Below are positions 55,332 through 64,000 of a DNA stretch of 64,000 bases, piece after piece; position 1 is the stretch's first letter; the number at the start of each line of letters is the position of its first letter. Origin of the DNA: Oscillospiraceae bacterium (lineage in GTDB: Bacteria > Bacillota > Clostridia > Oscillospirales > Acutalibacteraceae); NCBI GenBank assembly GCA_015066095.1, contig SVPC01000003.1, forward strand, positions 1,407-65,406, read 5' to 3'. Made by a program: the position numbers and the translations under genes. Below the pieces are notes generated by a model. The model worked only from the letters and a program-made list of their open reading frames with translations, was not told where the DNA came from and did no database searches.

Positions 55332-56030
55332 ATGAAAAATATTAAAGTTGGTATAATTGTTGCGGACTTAGATGAGTATAAGCCTTTTGCCGAAATAATT
55401 GAAAGAGATAATTATGAAAATTACTCGTTTTTAGGCAGAAAAGGTCATAAATTTGGTATCAAAACCTCAAATGGACAAGCAGAAGTAATTTCTATCCTGT
55501 GCGGTATCGGTAAAGTAAATGCTACCGCCGCCGCAATGCACCTTGTGGATATTGGGTGCGATTACTTGCTTAACTACGGTCTTTCGGGCGGTATAAGCAA
55601 TATAAGAAGGGGAGAATTAACCGCGCCTGATAAGTTTTTAGAACACGATTTTGATTTAACAGGCATTGGCTATAAATTATGTGAAAAACCTTTGCAAGAA
55701 TATATTTACGATGCGGATAATTACCTTTTGGAAACCACTAAAAATGTTGTACCTAACTTGAAAATTGGTACTGCGGTTTCGGGTGACCACTTTATTTGTG
55801 ACAGTATAACTCGTGACAGTTTATACAAAAATTTCTCTGCTATGTCGTGTGATATGGAAACCGCCGCAATCGCTTATGTTGCAAGTTACAGTAACACACC
55901 GTTTTTAGCGTTGCGCCGCATTTCCGACGATGCAGGGGATAATGCCACCGATTCTTACAGAGAAATGAATCAACAGGACGATACATTACTTTCCGATTAC
56001 ATTTTACAGATTATTAAGGAACTTATATGA
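55332..56030 (+). CDS. mtnN: 5'-methylthioadenosine/S-adenosylhomocysteine nucleosidase family (PNP_UDP_1)
   Basis: The ATG at 55332 follows GGAGG. GIGKVNA, SGDHF and CDMETAAIAYV...LRRISDDA motifs. Confidence 0.75.
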   Translation: MKNIKVGIIVADLDEYKPFAEIIERDNYENYSFLGRKGHKFGIKTSNGQAEVISILCGIGKVNATAAAMHLVDIGCDYLLNYGLSGGISNIRRGELTAPDKFLEHDFDLTGIGYKLCEKPLQEYIYDADNYLLETTKNVVPNLKIGTAVSGDHFICDSITRDSLYKNFSAMSCDMETAAIAYVASYSNTPFLALRRISDDAGDNATDSYREMNQQDDTLLSDYILQIIKELI

Positions 56031-57643
56031 AATCTTCAAAAAAAATAATGGGCGAAAGTTCTCTCATTTTGATTATTTCAACCGCCCTTGTAAAAATTAT
56101 CGGCGCTTGTTTTAAAATACCGTTAGCCACTGACACTTTTTTGGGTGACATTGGCTTTGGTTACTATTCGGTAGCGCACGATTTATATATGCCGTTTTAT
56201 GTTTTGGCAATCAGCGGTCTTCCTGCCGCTATTGCAAAAATGACCGCCGATTATATATCTTGCAAAAAGCAGAATGAATTAAAGCAAAACCTATTATTAT
56301 CACGCCGATTGTTTTTAATTTTTGGTGCTGTAATATCAGGTATTGTTACATTATGCTCTATACCGCTTACTCTTACTGATATCTTGTCAAAAAACACGCT
56401 CTATAGCGTTTTGGCAATTGTTCCATCTATTTTCCTGTGTTTTTTAATATCGGTTTACAGGGGTTATTTTGAAGGCAAGAGCAATATGTACCCAACCGCC
56501 ATTTCTAAAATTATTGAAGCGGTAACAAAATTAGTCTTAGGTCTAATTTTTGCTTACATTGTTATGCAAAAAACAAACAATCCTGCTTTTGCTTCAGCGT
56601 CGGCAATGACCGCTATTACAATCGGCACATTAATTTCTACCTTTTATCTGCATATTAAATTTAAAAATAACTTACTGAAAAATACGGTTTCACCACTTTC
56701 TAAAAGTCACAAAAGTACATTAACATTAAAAACACTTTTGGCGCTTGCTTTACCGTTTGCCATGGCATCTTTATCATCAAGTTTAATTTCTTTTATTGAT
56801 GTTTTCACAGTCAAAACACAAATTTCGGGTAATGGCTGCTTATATTTTTTATCATTTTTTGATATAGAAAAAACTATTTCCTTAAATGAACTTTCCACAT
56901 TTTTATATGGTATTAGAAGTAAAGCCTTTACGCTTTATTATCTAATTCCCACAATCACAATGTCGATTGGTATCGGTGCCTTGCCTGTTATTGCTAAATG
57001 TTATTCGCAAAACGACATAAAAGCCGTAAACAGTAATTCTATTTATATTTTAAAACTGATAAATTGCATTACCATTCCGGCATCTTTTGGTTTATTTACT
57101 TTAAGTCAATCAATTATGGAATTAGTTTACTCATCAGGTGACAAACTGAATTCTTACATGCTTTGTATTTATGGTGTCGCTGCACTGTTTACAGGTATTG
57201 CAGTTCCGCTTACTACTGTTTTACAATCAATAAATTTACAAAAAAAGTGCCTTATTCATATTGGGATAGGCTTTTGTATTAAAATATTAAGCAGTATTTT
57301 ATTTGTAAAGTTTACTTTTATAAATATTTTTGCCGCTCCTATAAGTTCTGTGCTTTGTTATTTATATATAACCATTTCGCTTTTAATTTTGTTTAAAAAA
57401 CATATCGGAACAATTGATTTTATAAATTCCATTTTAAAGCCTTTAATATGTTCTATTTTATGCTGTGCGGCTGCGTATTTTATAACAGAATTTTCTGATT
57501 CTAAAATTTTTACCTTGCTTTCAATTTTGTGTGGTGTGGTTATATATTTGCTGACTTTGATTTTATTTAAAACTTTTAGTAAATCAGAACTGTCTCAACT
57601 GCCGCTTTTTGGCAAACTTTTTGAGCAAAAAAGGCTTAAATAG
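56027..57643 (+). CDS. MOP-superfamily polysaccharide/lipid II flippase (SpoVB/MurJ/YabM-like)
   Basis: 538-aa protein with ~14 TM segments. Its position relative to yabO-yabP-yabQ-divIC-yabR mirrors Bacillus yabM. Confidence 0.75.
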   Translation: MKSSKKIMGESSLILIISTALVKIIGACFKIPLATDTFLGDIGFGYYSVAHDLYMPFYVLAISGLPAAIAKMTADYISCKKQNELKQNLLLSRRLFLIFGAVISGIVTLCSIPLTLTDILSKNTLYSVLAIVPSIFLCFLISVYRGYFEGKSNMYPTAISKIIEAVTKLVLGLIFAYIVMQKTNNPAFASASAMTAITIGTLISTFYLHIKFKNNLLKNTVSPLSKSHKSTLTLKTLLALALPFAMASLSSSLISFIDVFTVKTQISGNGCLYFLSFFDIEKTISLNELSTFLYGIRSKAFTLYYLIPTITMSIGIGALPVIAKCYSQNDIKAVNSNSIYILKLINCITIPASFGLFTLSQSIMELVYSSGDKLNSYMLCIYGVAALFTGIAVPLTTVLQSINLQKKCLIHIGIGFCIKILSSILFVKFTFINIFAAPISSVLCYLYITISLLILFKKHIGTIDFINSILKPLICSILCCAAAYFITEFSDSKIFTLLSILCGVVIYLLTLILFKTFSKSELSQLPLFGKLFEQKRLK

Positions 57644-57821
57644 GCTATTTTATAGACAAAATGCATAAAAATCTTTCACTTATTTTTGTGTATATAATGA
57701 ATTCGTAAATAATACTTGCTTTTTGTAAAAAAATATGGTATAAATAACTTGTACCATTATACTGGAGTACAAAAGAGTCTATAACGATTTTTTCGTTAAA
57801 AAATTTTTTGGAGGTTCTAAA

Positions 57822-58094
57822 ATGAACAAGACAGAATTAGTTGCATCTATTGCTGAAAAAGCAAACATTTCTAAAAAGGACGCAGAAAAAGCAGTTGCTG
57901 CTTTTGTTGAAAGTGTTGCTGCTGAATTAAAGGCTGGCGGCAAAGTTCAGCTCGTTGGCTTTGGTACTTTCGAAGTTCGCGAACGCGCAGCTCGTGACGG
58001 TATCAACCCCCAGACCAAAGAAGCTATCAAAATTGCTGCTTCCAAGAATCCTGTTTTCAAAGCAGGCGCAGCTTTAAAGAACGCTGTAAAATAA
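57822..58094 (+). CDS. hup: DNA-binding protein HU
   Basis: 90 aa. MNKTELV...[21 protein letters not shown]. Confidence 0.95.
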   Translation: MNKTELVASIAEKANISKKDAEKAVAAFVESVAAELKAGGKVQLVGFGTFEVRERAARDGINPQTKEAIKIAASKNPVFKAGAALKNAVK

Positions 58095-58106
58095 TTTATT
58101 AAAAGG

Positions 58107-58137
58107 TTAAGCCGTCCGGTAGGGCGGCTTAAATTTT
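58107..58137 (+). terminator. rho-independent terminator after hup
   Basis: TTAAGCCG-N10-CGGCTTAA followed by ATTTTGT. Confidence 0.65.
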
Positions 58138-58143
58138 GTAACT

Positions 58144-58386
58144 ATGAGATTAGATAAATTTTTAAAAGTTTCACGCATTATTAAACGCCGCACTGTCGCA
58201 AACGAAGCTTGTGACAATGGCAGAGTTATTGTAAACGGTAAAGTTGCCCGTGCTTCTTACGATGTAAAAGTAGGGGATATACTTGAGATTTCTTTTGGTA
58301 CACGAACATTTAAAGCTGAGGTTTTAAATGTTTTAGAGACAGTCAAAAAAGATGACGCATCACTTTGCTATCGTGTTGTGGAATAA
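58144..58386 (+). CDS. yabO: S4-domain RNA-binding protein (YabO-like)
   Basis: MRLDKFLKVSRIIKRRT.A...C..GRV.VNGK.A; 80 aa. Confidence 0.85.
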   Translation: MRLDKFLKVSRIIKRRTVANEACDNGRVIVNGKVARASYDVKVGDILEISFGTRTFKAEVLNVLETVKKDDASLCYRVVE

Positions 58387-58427
58387 GAATTACGCCCTTT
58401 AAATATATTTTTAAGGGGTGTTTTATT

Positions 58428-58691
58428 TTGGAACAAAATTTTAATCAAAGTATTATTATAGAAAATCGCAAACAAATTTCAATTAACGGTGTTAAAGATT
58501 GCTTGGGGTTTGATGAAGAAACAATTGCTTTAATAACCTCTCTTGGAAAACTTGTTATAAAAGGTGAAGGACTGCATATACAAAATTTTGATACAAAAAG
58601 CGGCGAACTAACCGCCGAAGGAAAAGTTAATGCCGCAATTTTCACAGTCGAGCAAAACAACAAAACTATATTTGGAAAGATTTTCAGGTAA
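58428..58691 (+). CDS. yabP: sporulation protein YabP
   Basis: The TTG at 58428 lies 8 nt after AAGGGG. I-ENRKQISINGV, then L-IKGEGLHI. Position matches Bacillus. Confidence 0.75.
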   Translation: MEQNFNQSIIIENRKQISINGVKDCLGFDEETIALITSLGKLVIKGEGLHIQNFDTKSGELTAEGKVNAAIFTVEQNNKTIFGKIFR

Positions 58692-58693
58692 CA

Positions 58694-59158
58694 ATGTGGG
58701 AAATTAATAATTTATCGCAACTGTCAGGACTTTTTTACTCTGTGATTATGGGCGTTATTTTTGGTATTTTATACGATGTATTACGCGCGGTCCGCATTAT
58801 AACAAACTTTAAAAACTTTACGGTATTTTTTCAGGATATTTTGTATTTTTTTATTATTGCAAATATCACGTTTATTTACTTTTTAAGTGTGACAAATGGC
58901 GAAATACGCTTCTATATTTTAATTGGCGCTTTCATAGGCTTTTTAGCCTATTTTTTCACAATATCAAAATTTGTAATATTGTTATTTAAAATACTATTTT
59001 CGAGAACTTTAAAATTAATAATTGGCATTTCTAAACTTTTTTATAGATTTTTTGATTTTTGCGACCTAAAAATCACAACTTTTTTAAAAAATGTACTAAA
59101 ATGTTTCAAAAAGGTCTTGAAAAAGTGTAAGTGCATGTTGTATACTAATAGAAAATAA
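58694..59158 (+). CDS. yabQ: spore cortex biosynthesis protein YabQ
   Basis: 154-aa membrane protein with GV.FG.LYD..R. Position matches Bacillus. Confidence 0.7.
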   Translation: MWEINNLSQLSGLFYSVIMGVIFGILYDVLRAVRIITNFKNFTVFFQDILYFFIIANITFIYFLSVTNGEIRFYILIGAFIGFLAYFFTISKFVILLFKILFSRTLKLIIGISKLFYRFFDFCDLKITTFLKNVLKCFKKVLKKCKCMLYTNRK

Positions 59159-59181
59159 AATCTTATGTAAGAGGTTTTAAT

Positions 59182-59472
59182 ATGGGACGTAAACCCAAAC
59201 AAAGACGCAGTATTTTACTTAAAATTTTTATGCTTGCTGCTTGTGTTTATATTGTGGCTTCGCTTTCGGGACAATGGTCTAAACTCGACCAATCACAAGC
59301 CGAGCGTGACGCACTGTTACTAAAAGTCGAGCAGTTAAAACAATCAATCAAAGATAATAAAAATATGCTCAAAGATGAATCTAATACTTTAATTATTGAA
59401 AAAGCTGCACGTGAACGGCTTGGTTATATTTATTCGGACGAGCAAGTTTTTGTTGATATTTCAGGCAACTAA
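59182..59472 (+). CDS. divIC: septum formation initiator family protein (DivIC/FtsB)
   Basis: 96 aa: N-terminal TM, coiled coil, C-terminal IEK.ARE.LGY. Position matches Bacillus. Confidence 0.8.
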   Translation: MGRKPKQRRSILLKIFMLAACVYIVASLSGQWSKLDQSQAERDALLLKVEQLKQSIKDNKNMLKDESNTLIIEKAARERLGYIYSDEQVFVDISGN

Positions 59473-59504
59473 CCTGGGCACTTTTAGGGGGACATTTACA
59501 AGAT

Positions 59505-59942
59505 ATGCAGTTTACCGCAGGAGAAATTATCAAAGGCAAAGTTACGGGAATTACAAATTTCGGCGTTTTCGTTGATTTAGGAGAAAACAAATCAGGTTTG
59601 GTACATATTTCAGAGGTTGCCAATTCGTATGTTGAAAACATTAACGACATTTTAAAAATAGGCGACGAAGTTACCGCTAAAATTTTAAATATTGGTGATG
59701 ACGGTAAAATCAGCCTTAGTATTAAACGCGCACTTGATACCGAGAAAAAACCAAAGCGCGAAAAAAAGGTATTTTCCCAACCAAAACCCGATAATTCATA
59801 TACCTGGACTCCCAAAAAGCAGGAGCCTGCTTCTTTTGAAGAAATGATGAATCAGTTTAAGCAGTCAAGTGACGAAAAATTTTCTGACCTTAAACGTAAA
59901 AATCCAGATAACACCCGTTCAAGAAAACGCGCAATGAAATAA
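59505..59942 (+). CDS. yabR: S1-domain RNA-binding protein (YabR-like)
   Basis: GEIIKGKVTGITNFGVFVDLGENKSGLVHISEV S1 fold, followed by a basic C-terminal tail. Confidence 0.85.
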   Translation: MQFTAGEIIKGKVTGITNFGVFVDLGENKSGLVHISEVANSYVENINDILKIGDEVTAKILNIGDDGKISLSIKRALDTEKKPKREKKVFSQPKPDNSYTWTPKKQEPASFEEMMNQFKQSSDEKFSDLKRKNPDNTRSRKRAMK

Positions 59943-59950
59943 TATTTTAA

Positions 59951-59980
59951 AGGCGAAACCGCACGGCTTCGCCTTTTTTT
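59951..59980 (+). terminator. rho-independent terminator
   Basis: AGGCGAA-N10-TTCGCCT followed by TTTTTT. Confidence 0.75.
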
Positions 59981-59990
59981 AGGAGTAATT

Positions 59991-61109
59991 ATGAATAATA
60001 TAAATTTAGTGGCGCCTTGTCTTTTTGGTGTCGAAAAAATAGCGGCAGACGAGTTCAGACGCATGGGCTTTGAAGATATTGTCACTGAAAATGGTCGTGT
60101 TTTGCTGTCCGCAGACGAGAACATGCTTGCCCGTGCTAATATTTGTTCACGTTTTGCGGAACGCATTTTAATAAATGTCGGTGAGTTTTCTGCCACAACC
60201 TTTACTGAACTATTTGAAGGGGTAAAGGCACTCGAGTGGGAGAATTTTATCGGCCGCGACGATGCTTTTCCCGTAAACGGTTGGAGTATAAATTCGCAAC
60301 TTTTTAGTATACCTGACTGTCAGTCGATTATTAAAAAAGCAATTGTAGAAAGATTAAAATTGAAATATAATATTTCAATTTTCCCCGAAACAGGCAGCGA
60401 ATATAAAATCCGTTTTTCCATTCACAAAAACAGGGTTACTATGATGATTGACACTTCGGGTGACGGTCTTCACAAAAGAGGTTACCGCCGTAATTCTAAT
60501 GATGCGCCTTTAAAGGAAACTTTAGCGGCGGCTATGTGCGATTTAGCACGTATTTATCCTGATACGAAAATCTTTGACCCGTTTTGCGGAAGCGGTACAA
60601 TTCTTATAGAGTCGGCTTTAATGGCTACAAAAACTGCACCTGGTTTGCGCAGATTTTTTGCTGCTGAACGTTTTGGCTTTTTAAACAGTAAAATATGGCA
60701 AGAAGAACGTATGCGAGCACAGGATATGATACTTAAAAACATCGATTTTAGAGCGCAAGGCTACGATATTGACCCTAATTGTGTTGAATTAACGCTCGCT
60801 AATGCTAAAAAAGCAGGTGTTGAAAAGTATGTAAAAGCGGCAATAGGGGATATACGGCATTTTTCCGCCCCCAATGAGCGTTGTATAACCGTTACAAATC
60901 CGCCTTATGGTGAGCGTTTGCTTGATGTTAAAGAAGCAGAAAAGCTTTACAAAATTATGGGTGAGCAGTTTGTTTCTGGCGATAGTCAGAAATATTACGT
61001 TATTAGTCCTCACGACGAATTTGAAAAACATTATGGTAAAGAGGCAGACAAACGCCGAAAACTTTACAACGGTATGATTAAATGCCAATTATTTATGTAT
61101 TTTAAATAA
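59991..61109 (+). CDS. THUMP-domain class I SAM-dependent RNA methyltransferase (RlmL/YpsC-like)
   Basis: 372 aa. DPFCGSGT SAM motif I and catalytic NPPYGERL. Confidence 0.8.
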   Translation: MNNINLVAPCLFGVEKIAADEFRRMGFEDIVTENGRVLLSADENMLARANICSRFAERILINVGEFSATTFTELFEGVKALEWENFIGRDDAFPVNGWSINSQLFSIPDCQSIIKKAIVERLKLKYNISIFPETGSEYKIRFSIHKNRVTMMIDTSGDGLHKRGYRRNSNDAPLKETLAAAMCDLARIYPDTKIFDPFCGSGTILIESALMATKTAPGLRRFFAAERFGFLNSKIWQEERMRAQDMILKNIDFRAQGYDIDPNCVELTLANAKKAGVEKYVKAAIGDIRHFSAPNERCITVTNPPYGERLLDVKEAEKLYKIMGEQFVSGDSQKYYVISPHDEFEKHYGKEADKRRKLYNGMIKCQLFMYFK

Positions 61110-61138
61110 TTGACAAACATATATTACAGTAGTATAAT
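61110..61138 (+). promoter_or_regulatory. consensus sigma-A promoter TTGACA-17-TATAAT for FMN riboswitch-ribU
   Basis: Both hexamers are perfect, immediately after the methyltransferase stop codon. Confidence 0.8.
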
Positions 61139-61149
61139 AATTACATAAT

Positions 61150-61258
61150 AATTCTTCAGGGCGAGGTGCAAATCCTCACCGGCGGTATAGCCCGCGAGCC
61201 GTAAGGCTGATTTGGTGAAATTCCAAAGCCGACCGTACAGTCGGGATGAAAGAAGATA
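61150..61258 (+). promoter_or_regulatory. FMN riboswitch (RFN element)
   Basis: TTCTTCAGGGCGAGGTGCAAATCCTCACCGGCGGTATAGCCCGCGAGCC...GATTTGGTGAAATTCCAAAGCCGACCGTACAGTCGGGATGAAAGAAGA matches the RFN consensus blocks and closes with P1 TCTTC/GAAGA. Confidence 0.92.
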
Positions 61259-61272
61259 TAATAATTATATTT

Positions 61273-61310
61273 CGCCCTTGTTATATTTTATAGCAAGGGC
61301 GTTTATTTTG
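61273..61310 (+). terminator. riboswitch-controlled intrinsic terminator
   Basis: CGCCCTTG-N13-CAAGGGCG followed by TTTATTTT, between the aptamer and the ribU start. Confidence 0.8.
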
Positions 61311-61320
61311 GGGTGTTTTT

Positions 61321-61986
61321 ATGAAAAAAGATAAATTAACCAAAATCAGTATAACAAGTGTCTTTTGTGCATTAGCTTTTATAATGACTGTTATTTTAAG
61401 GTTTAATGTTGCATTCTTATCATTTGACTTTAAAGATGCTATTTTATCTATAATAGCACTAATGTATGGCCCAATTTATGGTATTGTTTCTGCCGCCATA
61501 GTTGCTGTTTTAGAATTTTTGTCAATTAGTGACACAGGTTTATATGGTTTATTAATGAATTTTGTCTCATCAGCAACCTTTGTCCTTATTGCTGGTACAA
61601 TTTATAAATATAAACGTTCTTATACCGGTGCGATTGCTTCGGTTTGTTTTTCGGTTATTGGTGTAACGATTGTAATGATGTTTGCAAATATACTAATAAC
61701 ACCTTATTATATGGGTGTAACAGTAAAGGATGTTATTAACTATATCCCAACATTGTTATTGCCATTTAACCTTTGTAAAGCTCTTATAAATGCAGCAGCA
61801 ACTGTTGTAATTTATAAGCCTATTAGGGGAGTATTAAAACGTGCAGGTATTGTACCTAATGACACTAACCATCAACCTAATAAAATTAAAACAATTTTAA
61901 CATTTGTTGTTGCTACAATTATTATAATTGTTACTATTTTAATACTCATAAAATTCCTTAATGGTAATATTGAATTAGGGAGATAG
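61321..61986 (+). CDS. ribU: riboflavin ECF-transporter S component (RibU-like)
   Basis: 221-aa S-component-like membrane protein directly downstream of the FMN riboswitch, with an extra C-terminal TM helix. Confidence 0.8.
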   Translation: MKKDKLTKISITSVFCALAFIMTVILRFNVAFLSFDFKDAILSIIALMYGPIYGIVSAAIVAVLEFLSISDTGLYGLLMNFVSSATFVLIAGTIYKYKRSYTGAIASVCFSVIGVTIVMMFANILITPYYMGVTVKDVINYIPTLLLPFNLCKALINAAATVVIYKPIRGVLKRAGIVPNDTNHQPNKIKTILTFVVATIIIIVTILILIKFLNGNIELGR

Positions 61987-62165
61987 GAGAATATTGTTAA
62001 AAATTTAACAAATAGGGAATTTGGTGTTTTTTAAAGATAGGCTATGGCTTAATAGCATATATTTGATAATAATTGTATTTATTGCGTGTTTATAAAAACA
62101 AATTTTATTTAATTTAAATTACAATCGATATTTTGAAATTTCTAACTACAATTATATATGATTTC

Positions 62166-62210
62166 AAAGCCTTATATTAGCATGAAAACGCTTTGTATAA
62201 GGCTTTTTCT
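62166..62210 (+). terminator. hairpin terminator ~180 nt downstream of ribU
   Basis: AAAGCCTTATA-N19-TATAAGGCTTT followed by TTCT. Confidence 0.5.
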
Positions 62211-62679
62211 AAAAATGCATTACACATAGGTAAACATACTAAAACTTAAAACAGGGCAAAAATTAACTCTGTTTCTCAGCCGATAGAAATTTTTCTAACG
62301 ATACTTTGGTAGTCGAAGAAAAAGTTATCAGATGCCGTTTTTTCAATTTTTACATTAAATTGAAAAAATCATATAAAGTAGAACTCATTTAATAAAATTT
62401 TTTTAAAATAGAATAGTAAGTTTAAAAATTTTTTATTGTATAATAGTAAATATAAATTCATCATATAAACTATTATAAGTATGAATTATTATATAAACCA
62501 ACTACAACCGTTAAACCAAGGGGTAACCGTTATTTTGTGCTTAAAACACCATTTTGAGCGGTTTTATATGTATTATATGAAAAACCACTACCCTTAATTA
62601 TACAAAATATTCATTTAGTATAATTCGAGCAATAATTTTTACAGCAAACAAAATTGTATTTCCCTTTCTATAATTCAAT

Positions 62680-62712
62680 AATAAATAAAGACCCACATTA
62701 TTTTGTGGGTCT
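62680..62712 (-). terminator. rho-independent terminator of the 62732-63472 gene
   Basis: Minus strand reads AGACCCACA-AAATAAT-GTGGGTCT followed by TTATTTATT. Confidence 0.7.
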
Positions 62713-62731
62713 TCTGTATTTTAAGTAAAAA

Positions 62732-63472
62732 TCATTTAATCATTGTAGCAACTAATTTTTTATTTGAAGCAAATACAGGAACAAATGCTGTATAGCAAGA
62801 CAAGAAATGTTTGTTGTCAGTCAGCATTTCCTTAATTGCTGCATCAACTTTTTCATTATTATAAGAAGCGGCGGCTAAAACGATAACAGTAGCGTTAACT
62901 GTATCCTTATCCCCTTTCATATAGGCATTTTCAAGAATATCATAAAATTTCTTAATTTGTTTTTTAGTGCCTTCTTCAAAAAGACGGATAAGACGTGGGG
63001 TTAAATGCTCACCAAAGAAATTGAGATATAAGAAATTGCCATATGCAGAAACGTGGTTTTTATATTCATCCTTAAGAGCCGGAAAAACATCCAAAACCTT
63101 TTTGGTGAACGCCGCAATATCAACATTGCCGTTTTTGGAAGCGGTTGGAAGTTCAACAATACCGTTAGCATTATGTCTAACCTTAACACCAAAAATTTTG
63201 CGTAAGGAGTTAACAAAATCAATACCAACTGATTCGGCATCACGAGCGTTTTGAGAATCATCAAACAACCAAGCGTTTACTTCGGTAAACTCGCCTATAT
63301 TCCCCTCTTCAATGTCTGCAACAAGCAAAAGATACATCTGACGGTTTTCATCATACTTTACATCAATAGCCTTTGTTTCACTAACAAAGATGCCGTCTTT
63401 CGCTTTTATACCGTTTTCATCAAAAAACGGTTGCATTTCCTTTAAGACACTATCAAAATATTTATTTTCCAA
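62732..63472 (-). CDS. hypothetical cytoplasmic protein, no recognisable family
   Basis: 246-aa ORF with its own terminator. It has no TM segments or catalytic motifs that I recognise. Confidence 0.55.
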   Translation of the reverse strand: MENKYFDSVLKEMQPFFDENGIKAKDGIFVSETKAIDVKYDENRQMYLLLVADIEEGNIGEFTEVNAWLFDDSQNARDAESVGIDFVNSLRKIFGVKVRHNANGIVELPTASKNGNVDIAAFTKKVLDVFPALKDEYKNHVSAYGNFLYLNFFGEHLTPRLIRLFEEGTKKQIKKFYDILENAYMKGDKDTVNATVIVLAAASYNNEKVDAAIKEMLTDNKHFLSCYTAFVPVFASNKKLVATMIK

Positions 63473-63605
63473 TTAAAATTCACATCCAAAAAATATATTT
63501 ATCTTTATTATACAACATAAATTTCGATTTGTCATCAAAAATTTGTTGTAAAAGTTAAATTTTTCAAGTATAATTACTTTATTAAGCATAGGAGCATAAA
63601 AACTT

Positions 63606-64000
63606 ATGAATTTATCTGATAAAAGGACTATCGAAACTGTACTTAAAAAGCACGGTTTTTCATTTAAAAAATCGCTCGGTCAAAACTTTCTTATAAACCC
63701 CGATGTTTGTCCGCAAATGGCAGAAGCCGCATGTGATAAAAATATGGGTGTTTTAGAGATTGGCCCCGGTATCGGTGTTTTGACGAAGGAATTATCTCAC
63801 ACTGCCAAAAAAGTGGTTGCTATCGAACTTGATGAGCGTCTTAAAACCGTATTACCCGAAACATTAGCCGATTGCGATAATGTCGAGGTTATATACGGCG
63901 ATGCTATGAAGCTCGACCTACACGCAATTATCAAAGAAAAATTTGCCGATTGCGAAGGAGTTTGTGTATGCGCTAACCTCCCCTATTATATAACTTCCCC
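63606..64000 (+). CDS. rsmA: 16S rRNA (adenine1518/1519-N6)-dimethyltransferase, N-terminal part (runs off window)
   Basis: The ATG at 63606 opens a frame reading MNLSDKRTIETVLKKHGFSFKKSLGQNFLINPDV...VLEIGPGIGVLT...ANLPYYITSP. These are the KsgA motifs. Confidence 0.9.
   Translation, partial: MNLSDKRTIETVLKKHGFSFKKSLGQNFLINPDVCPQMAEAACDKNMGVLEIGPGIGVLTKELSHTAKKVVAIELDERLKTVLPETLADCDNVEVIYGDAMKLDLHAIIKEKFADCEGVCVCANLPYYITS

Noticed and set aside
62338-62368. 12-nt-arm A/T palindrome as a regulatory or mobile-element end
   Set aside because: It is pure A/T sequence in an AT-rich spacer, with no partner copy and no adjacent gene. It is probably low-complexity coincidence, and is only mentioned inside the gap finding.

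Overview
This 64-kb window comes from a low-GC, endospore-forming Firmicute. It looks like a Clostridia chromosome; that taxonomic guess rests only on gene content and synteny. Almost all of it is core housekeeping DNA, densely packed and mostly in conserved operons.

**Gene content, in order**
- pcrA 3' end, a DUF975-like gene, and maf.
- A small accessory islet: an XRE regulator plus a stand-alone RayT/IS200-like Y1 HUH transposase homologue.
- An 11-gene, ~14.3-kb minus-strand purine/one-carbon operon (purE-purC-purF-purM-purN-IMP cyclohydrolase-purH-glyA-purD-purL-fhs) behind one ZTP riboswitch.
- groES-groEL.
- THF riboswitch-folT, then ogg.
- A run of uncharacterised membrane and sporulation genes, then nth.
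- A tRNA-Ser(UGA)/tRNA-Ser(GCU) operon.
- glgB, a DUF1015 gene and a ZIP transporter.
- A minus-strand tRNA block: Met/Ile2(CAT), Trp, Leu(CAA).
- The conserved yicC-remA-gmk-rpoZ-priA-def-fmt-rsmB-rlmN-stp-prkC-rsgA cluster, followed by an unannotated spoVM.
- recJ-relA-dtd.
- hemZ-like gene and mtnN.
- A flippase, hup, then yabO-yabP-yabQ-divIC-yabR.
- A THUMP methyltransferase, FMN riboswitch-ribU, and the rsmA 5' end.

**Most unusual signal**
Two class-II tRNA genes, Ser-GCU on + and Leu-CAA on -, are each preceded by a perfect duplicate of their own 5' part plus a little upstream flank. In both cases the duplicate is fused at the D-loop / 3' D-stem boundary to a ~145-155-nt non-coding insert.
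- The two inserts share a multi-helix fold in which helix sequences differ but pairing is kept, separated by identical single-stranded blocks.
- In both loci the only recognisable promoter lies upstream of the truncated copy.
- I could not match this to any RNA or mobile-element class I know.

**Secondary oddities**
- REP-like GTAG-hairpins sit in inverted orientation inside the RayT-like CDS.
- The PurF homologue lacks the N-terminal nucleophile Cys.
- PurH is split, with a PurO-like cyclohydrolase upstream.
- No CIRCE operator precedes groESL.
- There is an AT-rich, ~740-bp gene-free gap.

No CRISPR array, rRNA, integrase or obvious defence system was seen.
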